From the NCBI GenBank assembly GCA_965223905.1, contig CBDCXV010000011.1, positions 992,001 through 1,056,000 of the forward strand: a stretch of DNA of 64,000 bases, given 5' to 3'. A model generated the notes under the pieces. It had not been told where the DNA came from and did no database searches. It saw only the letters and a list, made by a program, of their open reading frames with translations. This DNA is from Candidatus Latescibacterota bacterium (lineage in GTDB: Bacteria; Latescibacterota; UBA2968; UBA8231). Below are positions 48,886 through 58,394 of this stretch, piece after piece; position 1 is the stretch's first letter, and each line of letters starts with the position of its first letter. The position numbers and the translations under genes are program-made.

Positions 48886-50061
48886 TCAGGCCAGCCCGCA
48901 GTAGAGGGCGGCCGCGGCCGCGTACACCCTGGCGGCGTCGGCGAGCCTGCGCACCGACACCCACTCGACGTCGGCGTGCGCGGTCTCGTTCGAGGGCCCG
49001 TAGTAGAAGGTCGGTATTCCGGTGCCGGCGACATAGAGGTTGGCGTCGCCGACGACCCGCCGGCCCACCAGCTCCGCGGCGCTTCCGGTCACCCGTTGGT
49101 GGGCCTCGGCCACCGCGGCTACCGCGGGGTCGTCCCCGGGGATTTCGAACGGCTCCCGCTGGTGCTCCATGGTCACGCTCAGGTCGAGGTTGCCCGCCTC
49201 GGCGTACGGCCGCGCCAACGCCTCGAGCTCGGCCAGCACCTCGGCGGCGCCCCGGCCGCTCATCCAGCGGCGGGTCCCGGTCAGGCGGCAGCGCCGCGGC
49301 GTGCGGTTGAAGTAGTCCCCGGCCTCGGCGATGCCGAGGTCGATGCGCTCGCTGCCGGCCAGGGGATGGGTGCGGCCGCGGTCGAGCTCCTGCTGCAGCC
49401 GGTCGACGGCGACGATCAGCTCCCCCATGTGGCGGATCGGGTTGTCGGCGAAGTCGACGTACTGGGTGTGCCTGCCGCCGAGGGCGGAGGACAGCTCGAT
49501 GGTGAAGACCATGGAGCCCATGCTCATCACCCAGAGCTCGTCGGAGCCCTCGACGATGAGGATGCGGTCCCCGGAAATGCGGCCCCCCTTGAGGTCGTCG
49601 ATGAAGGCGCGCGGACCGTCCTTGCCGGCCTCCGGCTCCTCGTGGCCGACCACCGCGCTCAGCACCACGTCCCCGGCGAGCGCCGCCCCGGAGTCGCGCA
49701 GGGCCTTGGCCGCCCCGAGCATCGCCGCCATCCCCCCCTTCATGTCGGTCGTGCCGCGGCCGTACATGCGGTCCCCCTCGATTCGGCACGGGGGGCAGTC
49801 GCCGACGGCGATGGTGTCGAGGTGGCCGTTGAATACCAGGGCGGGCCCGCCGCCGCTGCCGGGAATGCGGGAGTACAGGTTGTTGCGCCCCGGGGTGACC
49901 TCGCGCACGTCGACCTCGAGCCCGAGGCCTCGCATCTGCTCCTCGAACAGGGCGCAGACCTCCGCTTCGTTCAGGGTCTCGCTCTCGACCTCGACCAGCT
50001 CGCGGGTGCGCTCGACGATCCAGTTTTCGTCGACCGCGGAGACCAGGGTGTCGATTCCCAT
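48886..50061 (-). CDS. M20 family peptidase/deacylase (ArgE/DapE-like)
   Basis: FNGHLDT, GRGTTDMKGG, GHEE, AHADVE. Confidence 0.88.
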   Translation of the reverse strand: MGIDTLVSAVDENWIVERTRELVEVESETLNEAEVCALFEEQMRGLGLEVDVREVTPGRNNLYSRIPGSGGGPALVFNGHLDTIAVGDCPPCRIEGDRMYGRGTTDMKGGMAAMLGAAKALRDSGAALAGDVVLSAVVGHEEPEAGKDGPRAFIDDLKGGRISGDRILIVEGSDELWVMSMGSMVFTIELSSALGGRHTQYVDFADNPIRHMGELIVAVDRLQQELDRGRTHPLAGSERIDLGIAEAGDYFNRTPRRCRLTGTRRWMSGRGAAEVLAELEALARPYAEAGNLDLSVTMEHQREPFEIPGDDPAVAAVAEAHQRVTGSAAELVGRRVVGDANLYVAGTGIPTFYYGPSNETAHADVEWVSVRRLADAARVYAAAAALYCGLA

Positions 50062-50160
50062 CTTTCAGCTTCCTCCGTTGCGTTCGATACCTAACTAAGT
50101 GCCTGCTTGCGCAATTCCGCGTGAGTTCGGTCGCCGCAGCGCCCTCGTTCGTACGCTTGA

Positions 50161-51084
50161 TTACGCGCGCATGCCCAGCAGGGCCTCGACCTCCGGGCCC
50201 GGGGGAATCTGGGCGGCCGGGTGCCGGACGACGTTGGCCCCGGCGATGCAGGCCGCCTCCAGGCAGCGCTCCGGCGCCGCCCCGAGCAGGATGCCGGCCG
50301 CCAGCACGCCGCTGAAGGCGTCCCCGGCGCCGACGACGTCGGCGACCTCGACCTCGAGACCCGGGTGGGAGTGCACCTCGCCGGCGGCGTAGAGGTCGGC
50401 GCCTCGCTCCCCCTTGGTAAGGGCGACCATCTCCAGGCCGTAGCGGTCCATGAGATCAGGCACCGTCCCGACCTCAGCCAAGCCGGCGACGATCTCGAAC
50501 TCCTCGTCGGTCAGCTTGAGGATCGTCGTTTCCTGAAGCAGCGGCTCGAGCAGGTCGCCGGTGTAGTAGCCTTCGCGCAGGTTGACGTCGTAGAAGCGGT
50601 GGCGCGGCCCCAGGGCGAGGAGCCGGCCCAGGGCGCGGCGGTTCGCCTCCCGGCGCTGGGCCACGGTGCCGAAGTAGACCAGCTCCGGCACCGGGTCCGG
50701 GATGCGCGCCAGGTCGATGTGGTCCCACGCGGAGTCGTTGATCCGGAACTCCGGCTCCCCGCCGACGATGCGGACGTCGACGGTGCCGGTCGGCTCCGGG
50801 CGCTCGATGATCCAGGAGGTGTCGACCCCGGCCGCGGCGAGGAACTCCCTGATCTCCGCGCCCAGCTCGTCGCGGCCGACGGCGCTGACGATGGCGGTCG
50901 GGATGCCGAGGGTGCCTAGGTACCAGGCGACGTTGAGCGATCCGCCGCCGATGGCGCGGTGGTCCTCGAAGAAGTCGACCAGGGTCTCGCCGAAGGAAAA
51001 AGCGATGGGCGCGGGAGCCGGATCAGAACCCCCGTTGGTAATCAGCTCTTTTGTCAGTGGGTAGCAACTCTGCTCGGAATACAT
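50161..51084 (-). CDS. PfkB family carbohydrate kinase (fructokinase-like); start uncertain
   Basis: FGETLVD, GGGSLNVA, DVNLR, TKGERG, DVVGAGDAF. Confidence 0.85.
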   Translation of the reverse strand: MYSEQSCYPLTKELITNGGSDPAPAPIAFSFGETLVDFFEDHRAIGGGSLNVAWYLGTLGIPTAIVSAVGRDELGAEIREFLAAAGVDTSWIIERPEPTGTVDVRIVGGEPEFRINDSAWDHIDLARIPDPVPELVYFGTVAQRREANRRALGRLLALGPRHRFYDVNLREGYYTGDLLEPLLQETTILKLTDEEFEIVAGLAEVGTVPDLMDRYGLEMVALTKGERGADLYAAGEVHSHPGLEVEVADVVGAGDAFSGVLAAGILLGAAPERCLEAACIAGANVVRHPAAQIPPGPEVEALLGMRA

Positions 51085-51157
51085 GGACGGAGATCGGGAG
51101 ACAGACAGTTATTAATTCGCTGAAAGGTAAAGATTGGCGGCTCGATCTGCCTTTTCC

Positions 51158-51819
51158 TCAATAAATTCCAAGAACACCTGTCCTGGCTATAGCCCTCCCA
51201 ACGGATCCATAGCTACCAGTCTGCCACAACATTACAACGGAAAGTATGTTCTCAACTCCATCATTCACTGCAACTATTACTTGCATACTGTCCAGACCTG
51301 AGAAGCAAGTTTGATCCTCGGCGAAAGGGACAATTTCGGGGAATTCGATTCGCCAAACTACAGAATCCGCGTGTGCTATTTTCCCAAGGTAATTAATTGA
51401 TCCTAAAGCATATTGATCCTAAAGCATGTGGAATGTGTTCGATATAATCGAATTCTAAATTATCTAAGATAGGAAGTTTACTACTTTCTGGTCGAAGAAT
51501 CTTCGATATAATCAGTGGATGATTTCCGTCGGAATATGATATCGTGGCCTATAAAGCTGCCAGATTTCACCATTTTCAAATAAGTTTGTCCAGATTTTTC
51601 GCGAGATTTCCAATAAAATTTGTCTCCAATTTGACTTATCACACAAGTGAATTCTTCGACTTCTTCTAGAGAGAGTCCTTCTCTACTATCCATCCCTAAA
51701 AAATTCGTCTTCACTCTCACTTCCGGATGCCCTACAAATACGATCACTTTATCCTGCGTAAAAACCGTAGAAGGAAGAAAAATAAAAATTAAAACGATTT
51801 TCAGGTGATCACAATACAT
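51158..51819 (-). pseudogene. AT-rich degraded gene for a secreted hypothetical protein
   Basis: ORF 51481-51819 has a signal-like N-terminus. Open reading continues in shifted frames (KILRPESSKLPILDNLEFDYIEH...ALGSINYLGK...GIY*), broken by a 16-bp tandem duplication at 51396-51427. Confidence 0.45.
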
Positions 51820-51881
51820 GACAATCTCCTTCGGCTAGTGCCCATTACGTCTCTCCAAAAGTAGCTGAAATCGGGCATGGC

Positions 51882-51951
51882 ACCGGGGGTGATTTCAATA
51901 TGTAGATCCAAGGTTTCCGTTGTCATTTCAAATTACCTCGTTGCAGGGGCC
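51882..51951 (-). repeat. Diverged copy of the DUF433 gene 5' end and RBS
   Basis: About 61/70 identical to 58660-58729; encodes MTTETLDLHIEITPG versus MTTETLNQHIEITPG. Confidence 0.85.
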
Positions 51952-52077
51952 ACTCTCTTTGAGATGACTGGAGTATCAGAAGAAACCAAGATTCTACTTC
52001 CGGAAAAACTGCACCGCCTCTGTCCGTCCGGTCGAAAACTGGGCCATGGTTTATGTTATCAAGTACTCCGACGAGGT

Positions 52078-52353
52078 CTATGTCCTCTCCGTCAGCCTTC
52101 CGGACAGGTATTTATGAATTACGCTCGACAACAGCGTCTGATACGGGATACCCTCCTCACGCGCTCGCGCATGGGCTAGATTGAAGTCGCGTTCGGTGAC
52201 CCGCAGGTTGACCCGTCGAGTCTTGTTGAAGGTGTTGCGGGCAGCTTGACGCGCTGTCTCAATTTCATCTTCAGCGCCATCAACCCGGCGCAGGTCGCCT
52301 CGCTCGAACTGCTCCAGGATCTCCTGCTCTTCGGGATTAAGTTGGCCGCTCAC
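52078..52353 (-). CDS. RHH/CopG-like antitoxin partner of the BrnT-like toxin
   Basis: EEQEILEQFERG...KTRRVNLRV...AREEGIPYQTLLSSVIHKY; GTGA overlap with the toxin. Confidence 0.8.
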   Translation of the reverse strand: MSGQLNPEEQEILEQFERGDLRRVDGAEDEIETARQAARNTFNKTRRVNLRVTERDFNLAHARAREEGIPYQTLLSSVIHKYLSGRLTERT

Positions 52354-52652
52354 GATGATCGCCTCCTCTGATAGTCCCGCGTCGCCTTCCGGCTGGGGAT
52401 AATTGTCTTCAGGAACCTCGTGCCGTCAGCGCCAATCACGAACGGCACGAGGTGGAGGTACCGTTCGATGTCCACGACGTAGATCATCTGTCCCGGATAC
52501 CGCTCCTGATTTGGGTGTTCCAACACGTCCACAAGACCGCCTCGCTCGATCGCAGAGACGACGCGCTCGAATGAGACTCCCCGCTGCTCAGCGAGTTGTC
52601 GGTTCTTCTCCAGGTTCCAATCGAAGCCGGCAGTCACGTTTCCGATCTTCAT
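52350..52652 (-). CDS. BrnT-like (RelE fold) toxin
   Basis: FDWNLEKN...RGVSFE...HPNQERYPGQ...LVPFV...FLKTIIPSRKAT; start uncertain (52637, 52652 or 52673). Confidence 0.8.
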   Translation of the reverse strand: MKIGNVTAGFDWNLEKNRQLAEQRGVSFERVVSAIERGGLVDVLEHPNQERYPGQMIYVVDIERYLHLVPFVIGADGTRFLKTIIPSRKATRDYQRRRSS

Positions 52653-52862
52653 CCATTGTGTGCATTTTGTCAACAGCCTTGGGCCCCGGAGGTCCGCATC
52701 CCAACCGGGTCAACCCTGGGGTGGAGCACATTATTCATTATCATTCAGCCGGATCATCAGCCGGTCATCAACAGAAGTGGAAACCGGCCCGGAAATCTCG
52801 GGCTCAAGACAGGTGATCGCGTCATCGTCAACCCCATGGCAACCCGGTAAAGGAGACGTTCC

Positions 52863-53708
52863 ATGTCAGATGAGAGCGGTGCGAAATCCGCGGAGACAGT
52901 TCGACAACAGGTCAACGTCTTTGCTCCGACATGTCTCGATATCTGGCTGAACGAGCCCAGGAACGCTCCCGAAAGCAGGGCACCCGCCAACCTCCTGCGC
53001 CTGTGGTTTCCCGAATCGATCATGGCCTATGACTCCAATGACAATCTGCTCTGGGAGTACACGTTCGAAACGCGGAGTGCCTCGTGGCGGTACGTGAACC
53101 AGTCGATCGGCGACATGAAGAGCGGGCGGGCGATCCGCAAAGTCCTCGAAAGCGTCGACACCGCCGATGGACTCGCCCTTGTCGCCTGCAAAGCCCGGTG
53201 GCGGGAAACCGATATCGACCTCACCCTGAGAATCACCAATGTCGGTCCGATCGCATGGTCGCGCCTGGAAACCAGCATCTGCCTCCAGCGTCCCGCGGCA
53301 CCGGACTACCTGGACGAAGCCGATACCCGGACGTATCTGGTCAGCGACGAGGGATTCGTCGCCAGTGCGGAGCTCGAGTTCCCCCCGCGTCGCAGGATGG
53401 TGTATGCCTGGGTGGGTGAAGAGCTTCCCGTGAGGAAGGGAGCCGGGCGCCGGCTGGTGGATCCCGCCCTTTTCGTGGTCTCAAAAGACGGGCGCTATGT
53501 GCTCGGGTATGCCTGGCAGCAGACGCGGCGGCTCTTTCTCAACCGGGCCGGATGCGTCAAATGCCTTCATTCCGACCCCGAATTCGGCCCTTCCGAGCCT
53601 CAGCACCAGCAGCAGCGACAGGGTATCGTATTCGTGAACGAGGGGACGCTCGAAGATGCGTACCGGCGCTACTGCGCGTGGAACGACAGGAGCGACCCGC
53701 CGACATAG
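52863..53708 (+). CDS. Hypothetical protein
   Basis: AAGGAG RBS; 281-aa ORF followed closely by the amidase. Confidence 0.65.
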   Translation: MSDESGAKSAETVRQQVNVFAPTCLDIWLNEPRNAPESRAPANLLRLWFPESIMAYDSNDNLLWEYTFETRSASWRYVNQSIGDMKSGRAIRKVLESVDTADGLALVACKARWRETDIDLTLRITNVGPIAWSRLETSICLQRPAAPDYLDEADTRTYLVSDEGFVASAELEFPPRRRMVYAWVGEELPVRKGAGRRLVDPALFVVSKDGRYVLGYAWQQTRRLFLNRAGCVKCLHSDPEFGPSEPQHQQQRQGIVFVNEGTLEDAYRRYCAWNDRSDPPT

Positions 53709-53724
53709 GCGAGGAGGAACAGTA

Positions 53725-55149
53725 ATGGCGGACGAACGGCTGGCATACGAACCGGCGACGGAATTGCTGAAGCTGATCGCGACGAAACAGGTCTCTCCCG
53801 TCGAGCTGGCGGAAATGTTCTTCGACCGTATAGCCCGTCTCGACCCGCGGATCGACTCCTTCCTCCTGGTGACCCGGGACCTTGCGTTGAAGCAGGCGCA
53901 CGCGGCGGAGGACGCCGTGATGCGGGGGGACAAGCTCGGCGCGCTGCACGGCCTGCCGGTTCCCATCAAGGACACGCAGATGACCGCGGGCGTGCGGACG
54001 ACCATGGGGTCCGTCGTGCACGAGGACCGGGTACCCGAGCGGAACGCCGCCGTCGTCGAGCGCGTCCTGAACGCCGGGGCGGTGATGCTGGGCAAGACCA
54101 ACGTGCCGGAGTTCGGAATGGTGGGCACGTGCGAAAACTCCCTGGGTGTGCTGGGCAGCAACCCCTGGGATACCGACCGGACCCCCGGAGGGTCGAGCGG
54201 CGGAGCCGCGGCGGCCGTGGCTGCATGCCTGTGCCCGGCGGCAACCGGAAGCGACGGCGGCGGATCGCTGCGGATACCGGCCAACTTCTGCGGCATCTAC
54301 GCCATCAAGCCGACGCAGGGTCGAGTGTCTGGTTACACCGGACTCGGCGGACCTCCGCTGCCGAACATCTTCTCCCAGTCCGGCCCGTTGACGCGGACGG
54401 TTGGCGACGCGGGGCTGCTGCTCCAGGTCATGGCCGGATTCGACCGCCGAGACCAGGCCTCCATCCGGCAGACTCCGCCCGACTTCATGGCGGCGACCGA
54501 GCGGGATATCGACGGACTTCGGATCGGTTGGAGCGCCGATTTCGGGTTCGCACCGGTCTTTCCCGAGGTCGTCGAGGTCACCTGCAGGGCCGCGATGGTA
54601 TTCGAGGAGCTTGGCTGCGCCGTCGAGGAGATGGACATGGTTCTCCCCGAGCCGTACGACTCGTTCGGGCCAGTCCAGGCGGCGGGTTCGTACAACAGCC
54701 TTGCACAGTACCTGGAAGAGTACGGCGACCGGATGACGGAGTTCGCGCGCTTCTATATCGAGATGGGGTCCAGGGTAACGACCGGCGACTACCTACGCGC
54801 CGAAGGGCGCATTGCCGAGCTGAAGGCCACGTTCGACGACGCCTTCGAGACGTACGATCTCATCATGTCGCCCGTGTCCTGCTTCCCCGCCTTCCCGAAC
54901 GAGACCTTCCCGGGCAGCATCACCGGGAGATCGTCGTTTCCCGTGCAGTACTGGAACGGGACGTTCACGATGCACGCCAACGCCACCGGCAACCCGGCCG
55001 CGTCGGTGCCCGCGGGTTTCTCACCCGACGGCCTGCCTGTAGGACTTCAGATTATCGGGCGCAGATGCGACGAGGAGACGGTGCTCGCCGCATCTGCGGC
55101 GTTCGAGCGCGCGCGTCCGTGGACCGGGCGCAGGCCGCCCGTGTCCTGA
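53725..55149 (+). CDS. Amidase signature family enzyme
   Basis: GAGGAGG RBS; LHGLPVPIKD, GKTNVPEF, PGGSSGG, GSDGGGSLRIPA. Confidence 0.92.
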   Translation: MADERLAYEPATELLKLIATKQVSPVELAEMFFDRIARLDPRIDSFLLVTRDLALKQAHAAEDAVMRGDKLGALHGLPVPIKDTQMTAGVRTTMGSVVHEDRVPERNAAVVERVLNAGAVMLGKTNVPEFGMVGTCENSLGVLGSNPWDTDRTPGGSSGGAAAAVAACLCPAATGSDGGGSLRIPANFCGIYAIKPTQGRVSGYTGLGGPPLPNIFSQSGPLTRTVGDAGLLLQVMAGFDRRDQASIRQTPPDFMAATERDIDGLRIGWSADFGFAPVFPEVVEVTCRAAMVFEELGCAVEEMDMVLPEPYDSFGPVQAAGSYNSLAQYLEEYGDRMTEFARFYIEMGSRVTTGDYLRAEGRIAELKATFDDAFETYDLIMSPVSCFPAFPNETFPGSITGRSSFPVQYWNGTFTMHANATGNPAASVPAGFSPDGLPVGLQIIGRRCDEETVLAASAAFERARPWTGRRPPVS

Positions 55150-55206
55150 GGCGTTGACACTCGGCCATGGGAGGAGCCTGCGCGCTTCCCTTTGCCCGCC
55201 TTGACC

Positions 55207-55584
55207 TCACCGCCGGTGGGCATCGATCTGGCGCGCGACCTCGAGCGCAAACCGGCGCGCGACGTCCAACAAGCTGCGCAACTCATCCCCCGTCGGGGCG
55301 ACCTCGTACGGGTGGTGGTGACAGGTACGACTCAGATCGGACCACGCGGCGAAGGTCTCGTGCGCCAGGTCGCGGTCCCTCAGGTAGACTGTAAGGCACA
55401 GCAGTTGCGCGCGCCCGCTGCAGCGCTCCAGGCCCGGCTCACGCAGGGCCCAGTATTGCCGCAGTGCTTCCTCGATTGCGTGTCGACCGAGAACCGCTAC
55501 GACCCGCGGCCAGCCGTGCGCGGCGCTGCTACGCTCGGTTCCCGCCAGCGCGTCCGCCGCTTCGAGAATTTCGACGGGTGTCAT
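55207..55584 (-). CDS. Small helical HEPN-like protein
   Basis: 125 aa; LGRHAIEEAL and LSRTCHHHPYE motifs; 22 bp downstream of the SMC-like ATPase. Confidence 0.55.
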   Translation of the reverse strand: MTPVEILEAADALAGTERSSAAHGWPRVVAVLGRHAIEEALRQYWALREPGLERCSGRAQLLCLTVYLRDRDLAHETFAAWSDLSRTCHHHPYEVAPTGDELRSLLDVARRFALEVARQIDAHRR

Positions 55585-55606
55585 TGGCGCTTACTACTTG
55601 CTACTG

Positions 55607-58081
55607 CTAATGGTTGCCCAGCCATCTCGTCAGACGTTCGGTCGAGCCAACCATCGACGAGATGTCCGGCAGGGTACCGTCGGCGCCCCCATGCGTTGCA
55701 CGGTTTGCCCATTTGACGGCATCGGCCCAAGCCCGGTCGGAACTGTTGATTCGGGCCAGCACCTCCCCTGCGCGCCCGACGTCGTCGAACAGAGCGAGCG
55801 CCAGTTTCTGCATCAGCGTACGCGCGTCGTTCAGCACCTCGTCCGTGTCGGCGTGCGGCTCACCGCGCCCGATACGCCGCCGACGGACGACTTCCGTGCA
55901 CGCCGCTTCGATGGCCAGACGGCAGAACAACGGTACGGCTCGCGCCGCAGCTCCCGACGGAAGATTGTCGGTATGCTGGAGCGCGCGGGCATCGCTCAGG
56001 TACTGAGTAACCGGGTCACTGATGCTTCGGCACGCCACCTCCGAGCCCGATTGTCGCGTAACTTCGATCACTTGTGCCGGAATCTGCAGCCGACGAACCG
56101 ATTCCGGGAGTCGCTCGTCGTGCGTAAAGACCACGACCTGCCGCTCTTCCCCTACCATGGAGAGTACGCGCGCCAGACCGTCAACCTTGCCCGGGTCCAT
56201 TGCCTGCACCGGATCGTCGATCACGACAAAGCCGAAGGGGGACTCTGGCAGCAGCACCCGCGGCAGGAACAGGCTCAGTGCAAGCGCGTGGATCTCCCCC
56301 TGACTCATCACGCCGAGTGCCTGACCGTCGGTTCCGTCGACGCTGACGTCCAGAACAAGGTGACGTCGGGTCGCGGCACCTTCGAGCTTCAGATGGTCGA
56401 GCCTTACGCTGCTGTTCTGCCTGAGCGACTCCCACACAGCCGCGGCCCCGTCCGCGATCGGACGAAATCGTTCGGCCCTGATCCGGTCGGTCTCCGAGTT
56501 GAGCCAATCCTCCGCGCGGCGCAGGTCGGGAACGGTCCCGGCCGCTCGCGCCGCGTCACGTGCTGCGGGCAGCCAACCGCGCAAGGTAGCGACGAGCGGA
56601 CGCCAAGCTTCCTCCATGCGTTCCAACGCGGCGGCGGCCTGCTCTCGAAGCGAGTCCGCGGCGGCGGCGAGATTGTGGTGCTCCGCTTCCAGGTGTTCGA
56701 TCAGGAGGTCGTCTGCTATGTCGTGCGGGAGATTTGCCCAGCGTTCCCAGGCTCCCAGCAGTCCGGTCGTGTCGACCCCGGCCGTGTCGTCACGCCCCAG
56801 TATTCTCGGCGGCCCGGTCAGCAGGGCCTGTGCATTGCGGCGCGCACCGGTGAGCGCCCGCTGAGCCTCGTCCGCGGCGGCCGCCTCCGTACGCAAACGC
56901 CGAACTTCCGCTTCGGTCCGCGAACGCCATGAGCCGGTCAACTCACCGGAGCCGCAGACCGGGCATGGCTGATCTCCATGCGTCGCGTGTAAGGCAAGTG
57001 AGCGGTCAAGAAGATCGGCGATCTGCCGGGCGCGGCCGGCATCGGTCTGCTCGGCGGCCCGCGCCGCTTCTACTGCCGCGCGCAACTTTGCCGCCACAGC
57101 CTCTACTTCTTCGGCGCCCGGAACCGCAAGGGCGGCAAGTCCGCGTAGCAGGGCGATCACGCCATCGCCCTCCGGTTCGACTGCGCCTTCCAGGACCAAC
57201 TCGACGGCGTCGAGATCCCACGTGCCAACCCTCGGCTTGCTGATCGCCTCCGCACAGGTCCGCGCCCGTTCATCGTCGAGTTCTTCGAACTGGGAGAACC
57301 ACTCGCGCCGTTCGTTCTCCGCTCCGCGAACCTGTTTGTCCCGCTCGAGTCTTCGCTCGCGCAGCCGCTGGCGCGCGTCGACCAGCACCTCGAGACCCAA
57401 GGCGGCCGACATCATATCGTACAGCTCGGTCGGTCGGTAGTCGGGGATTGATCCCAGTTCGTTGTAGGGGAGAAACGGGCGATAGGTCTTGATGACCTCG
57501 TCCCAGCCGAGCGCGGCGCGGGCATTGTCTTCCTGGACGCCGCCGACACTGTCGGCTCCGGCACCCAAATCCGCGGCGGGAGACCATTCCCGTCGTACGG
57601 TAAGCGGCTGTCGCCGGCCCTCGACCGAAAGCGTCGCCTCGATGGCCACCTGCCCCGTCCAGTGCAGGTTGCGCCACCCCTCCTTCCAGACCGCCGATTT
57701 GTCCTCCCACCGGCGGTTCTGGCCCGTCAGCAACAGCTCCAGCGCTTCGGCGAAGCTCGATTTGCCGCTACCGTTGCGACCCACAACCAGCGTAAGGCCG
57801 GGACCCGGGGTAATCCGCAGGTCGCAAACGGGGCCGATGCCACGGAATCCCTGGACAGAAATGATATCGAGGTACGCACGTCCCGCCGACGCGTGAACTG
57901 GTTCAGTCTCCGCAGCCGATGGTGCCTCCGAATCGCCGGCGGCCTCGAACAGGGCCCGTTCCAGCGCCGCGTCTCCCTCAAGTGCCGCGAGCACCAACAA
58001 CCCAGCCGCAACATCAAGCTCTTCGTCCGCATCCACCCGTGCGCGGACCTGAGCGGTCAGTGCGCTATAGATATTCGACAT
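55607..58081 (-). CDS. Rad50/SMC-like ABC ATPase with zinc hook and C-terminal HEPN-like domain (RloC-like architecture)
   Basis: GFRGIG, Walker A GRNGSGKS, coiled coil with CPVC, signature MSQGE, Walker B VIDDPVQAMD, FTHD, then about 130 extra aa with CRLAIE and WANRATH. Confidence 0.8.
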   Translation of the reverse strand: MSNIYSALTAQVRARVDADEELDVAAGLLVLAALEGDAALERALFEAAGDSEAPSAAETEPVHASAGRAYLDIISVQGFRGIGPVCDLRITPGPGLTLVVGRNGSGKSSFAEALELLLTGQNRRWEDKSAVWKEGWRNLHWTGQVAIEATLSVEGRRQPLTVRREWSPAADLGAGADSVGGVQEDNARAALGWDEVIKTYRPFLPYNELGSIPDYRPTELYDMMSAALGLEVLVDARQRLRERRLERDKQVRGAENERREWFSQFEELDDERARTCAEAISKPRVGTWDLDAVELVLEGAVEPEGDGVIALLRGLAALAVPGAEEVEAVAAKLRAAVEAARAAEQTDAGRARQIADLLDRSLALHATHGDQPCPVCGSGELTGSWRSRTEAEVRRLRTEAAAADEAQRALTGARRNAQALLTGPPRILGRDDTAGVDTTGLLGAWERWANLPHDIADDLLIEHLEAEHHNLAAAADSLREQAAAALERMEEAWRPLVATLRGWLPAARDAARAAGTVPDLRRAEDWLNSETDRIRAERFRPIADGAAAVWESLRQNSSVRLDHLKLEGAATRRHLVLDVSVDGTDGQALGVMSQGEIHALALSLFLPRVLLPESPFGFVVIDDPVQAMDPGKVDGLARVLSMVGEERQVVVFTHDERLPESVRRLQIPAQVIEVTRQSGSEVACRSISDPVTQYLSDARALQHTDNLPSGAAARAVPLFCRLAIEAACTEVVRRRRIGRGEPHADTDEVLNDARTLMQKLALALFDDVGRAGEVLARINSSDRAWADAVKWANRATHGGADGTLPDISSMVGSTERLTRWLGNH

Positions 58082-58394
58082 GCGCCACCATTTCTTCCGC
58101 TTCCAATACCTGATATATCAACATCAAACCACGAACGATCTCACCAGTCGTATTTTCTTGAGAAGAATAAACAATTCCTTGATGGTCAGCTCCCGCAGTT
58201 GCAAGATGAAGGAAGTCATCATCCAGAGTGAAGATGACCCGTCCTTCTTCCTTGGCCCTCCTTAACAGTTCTTCGTCAGACTCTCCAAGCGTTCCCGCTT
58301 CAGGAACAGTCTGCACATCTACACCTCTTCGACGTAGCCCCATCACAACAGCTTTTGAGACATTCTCATCCGTGTAAAACTTAATCTTCGCCAT
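58065..58394 (-). CDS. DUF5615 PIN-like toxin (VapC45-like)
   Basis: KFYTDENV, LRRRGVDV, SDEELL, IFTLDDDF, HQGIV. Confidence 0.85.
   Translation of the reverse strand: MAKIKFYTDENVSKAVVMGLRRRGVDVQTVPEAGTLGESDEELLRRAKEEGRVIFTLDDDFLHLATAGADHQGIVYSSQENTTGEIVRGLMLIYQVLEAEEMVAHVEYL

Noticed and set aside
53725-55149. gatA assignment
   Set aside because: No gatB or gatC neighbours; a generic amidase fits better.
55607-58081. Ordinary SbcC/RecN repair ATPase
   Set aside because: No sbcD neighbour, an extra C-terminal domain, and a defence-island context. Not fully excluded.
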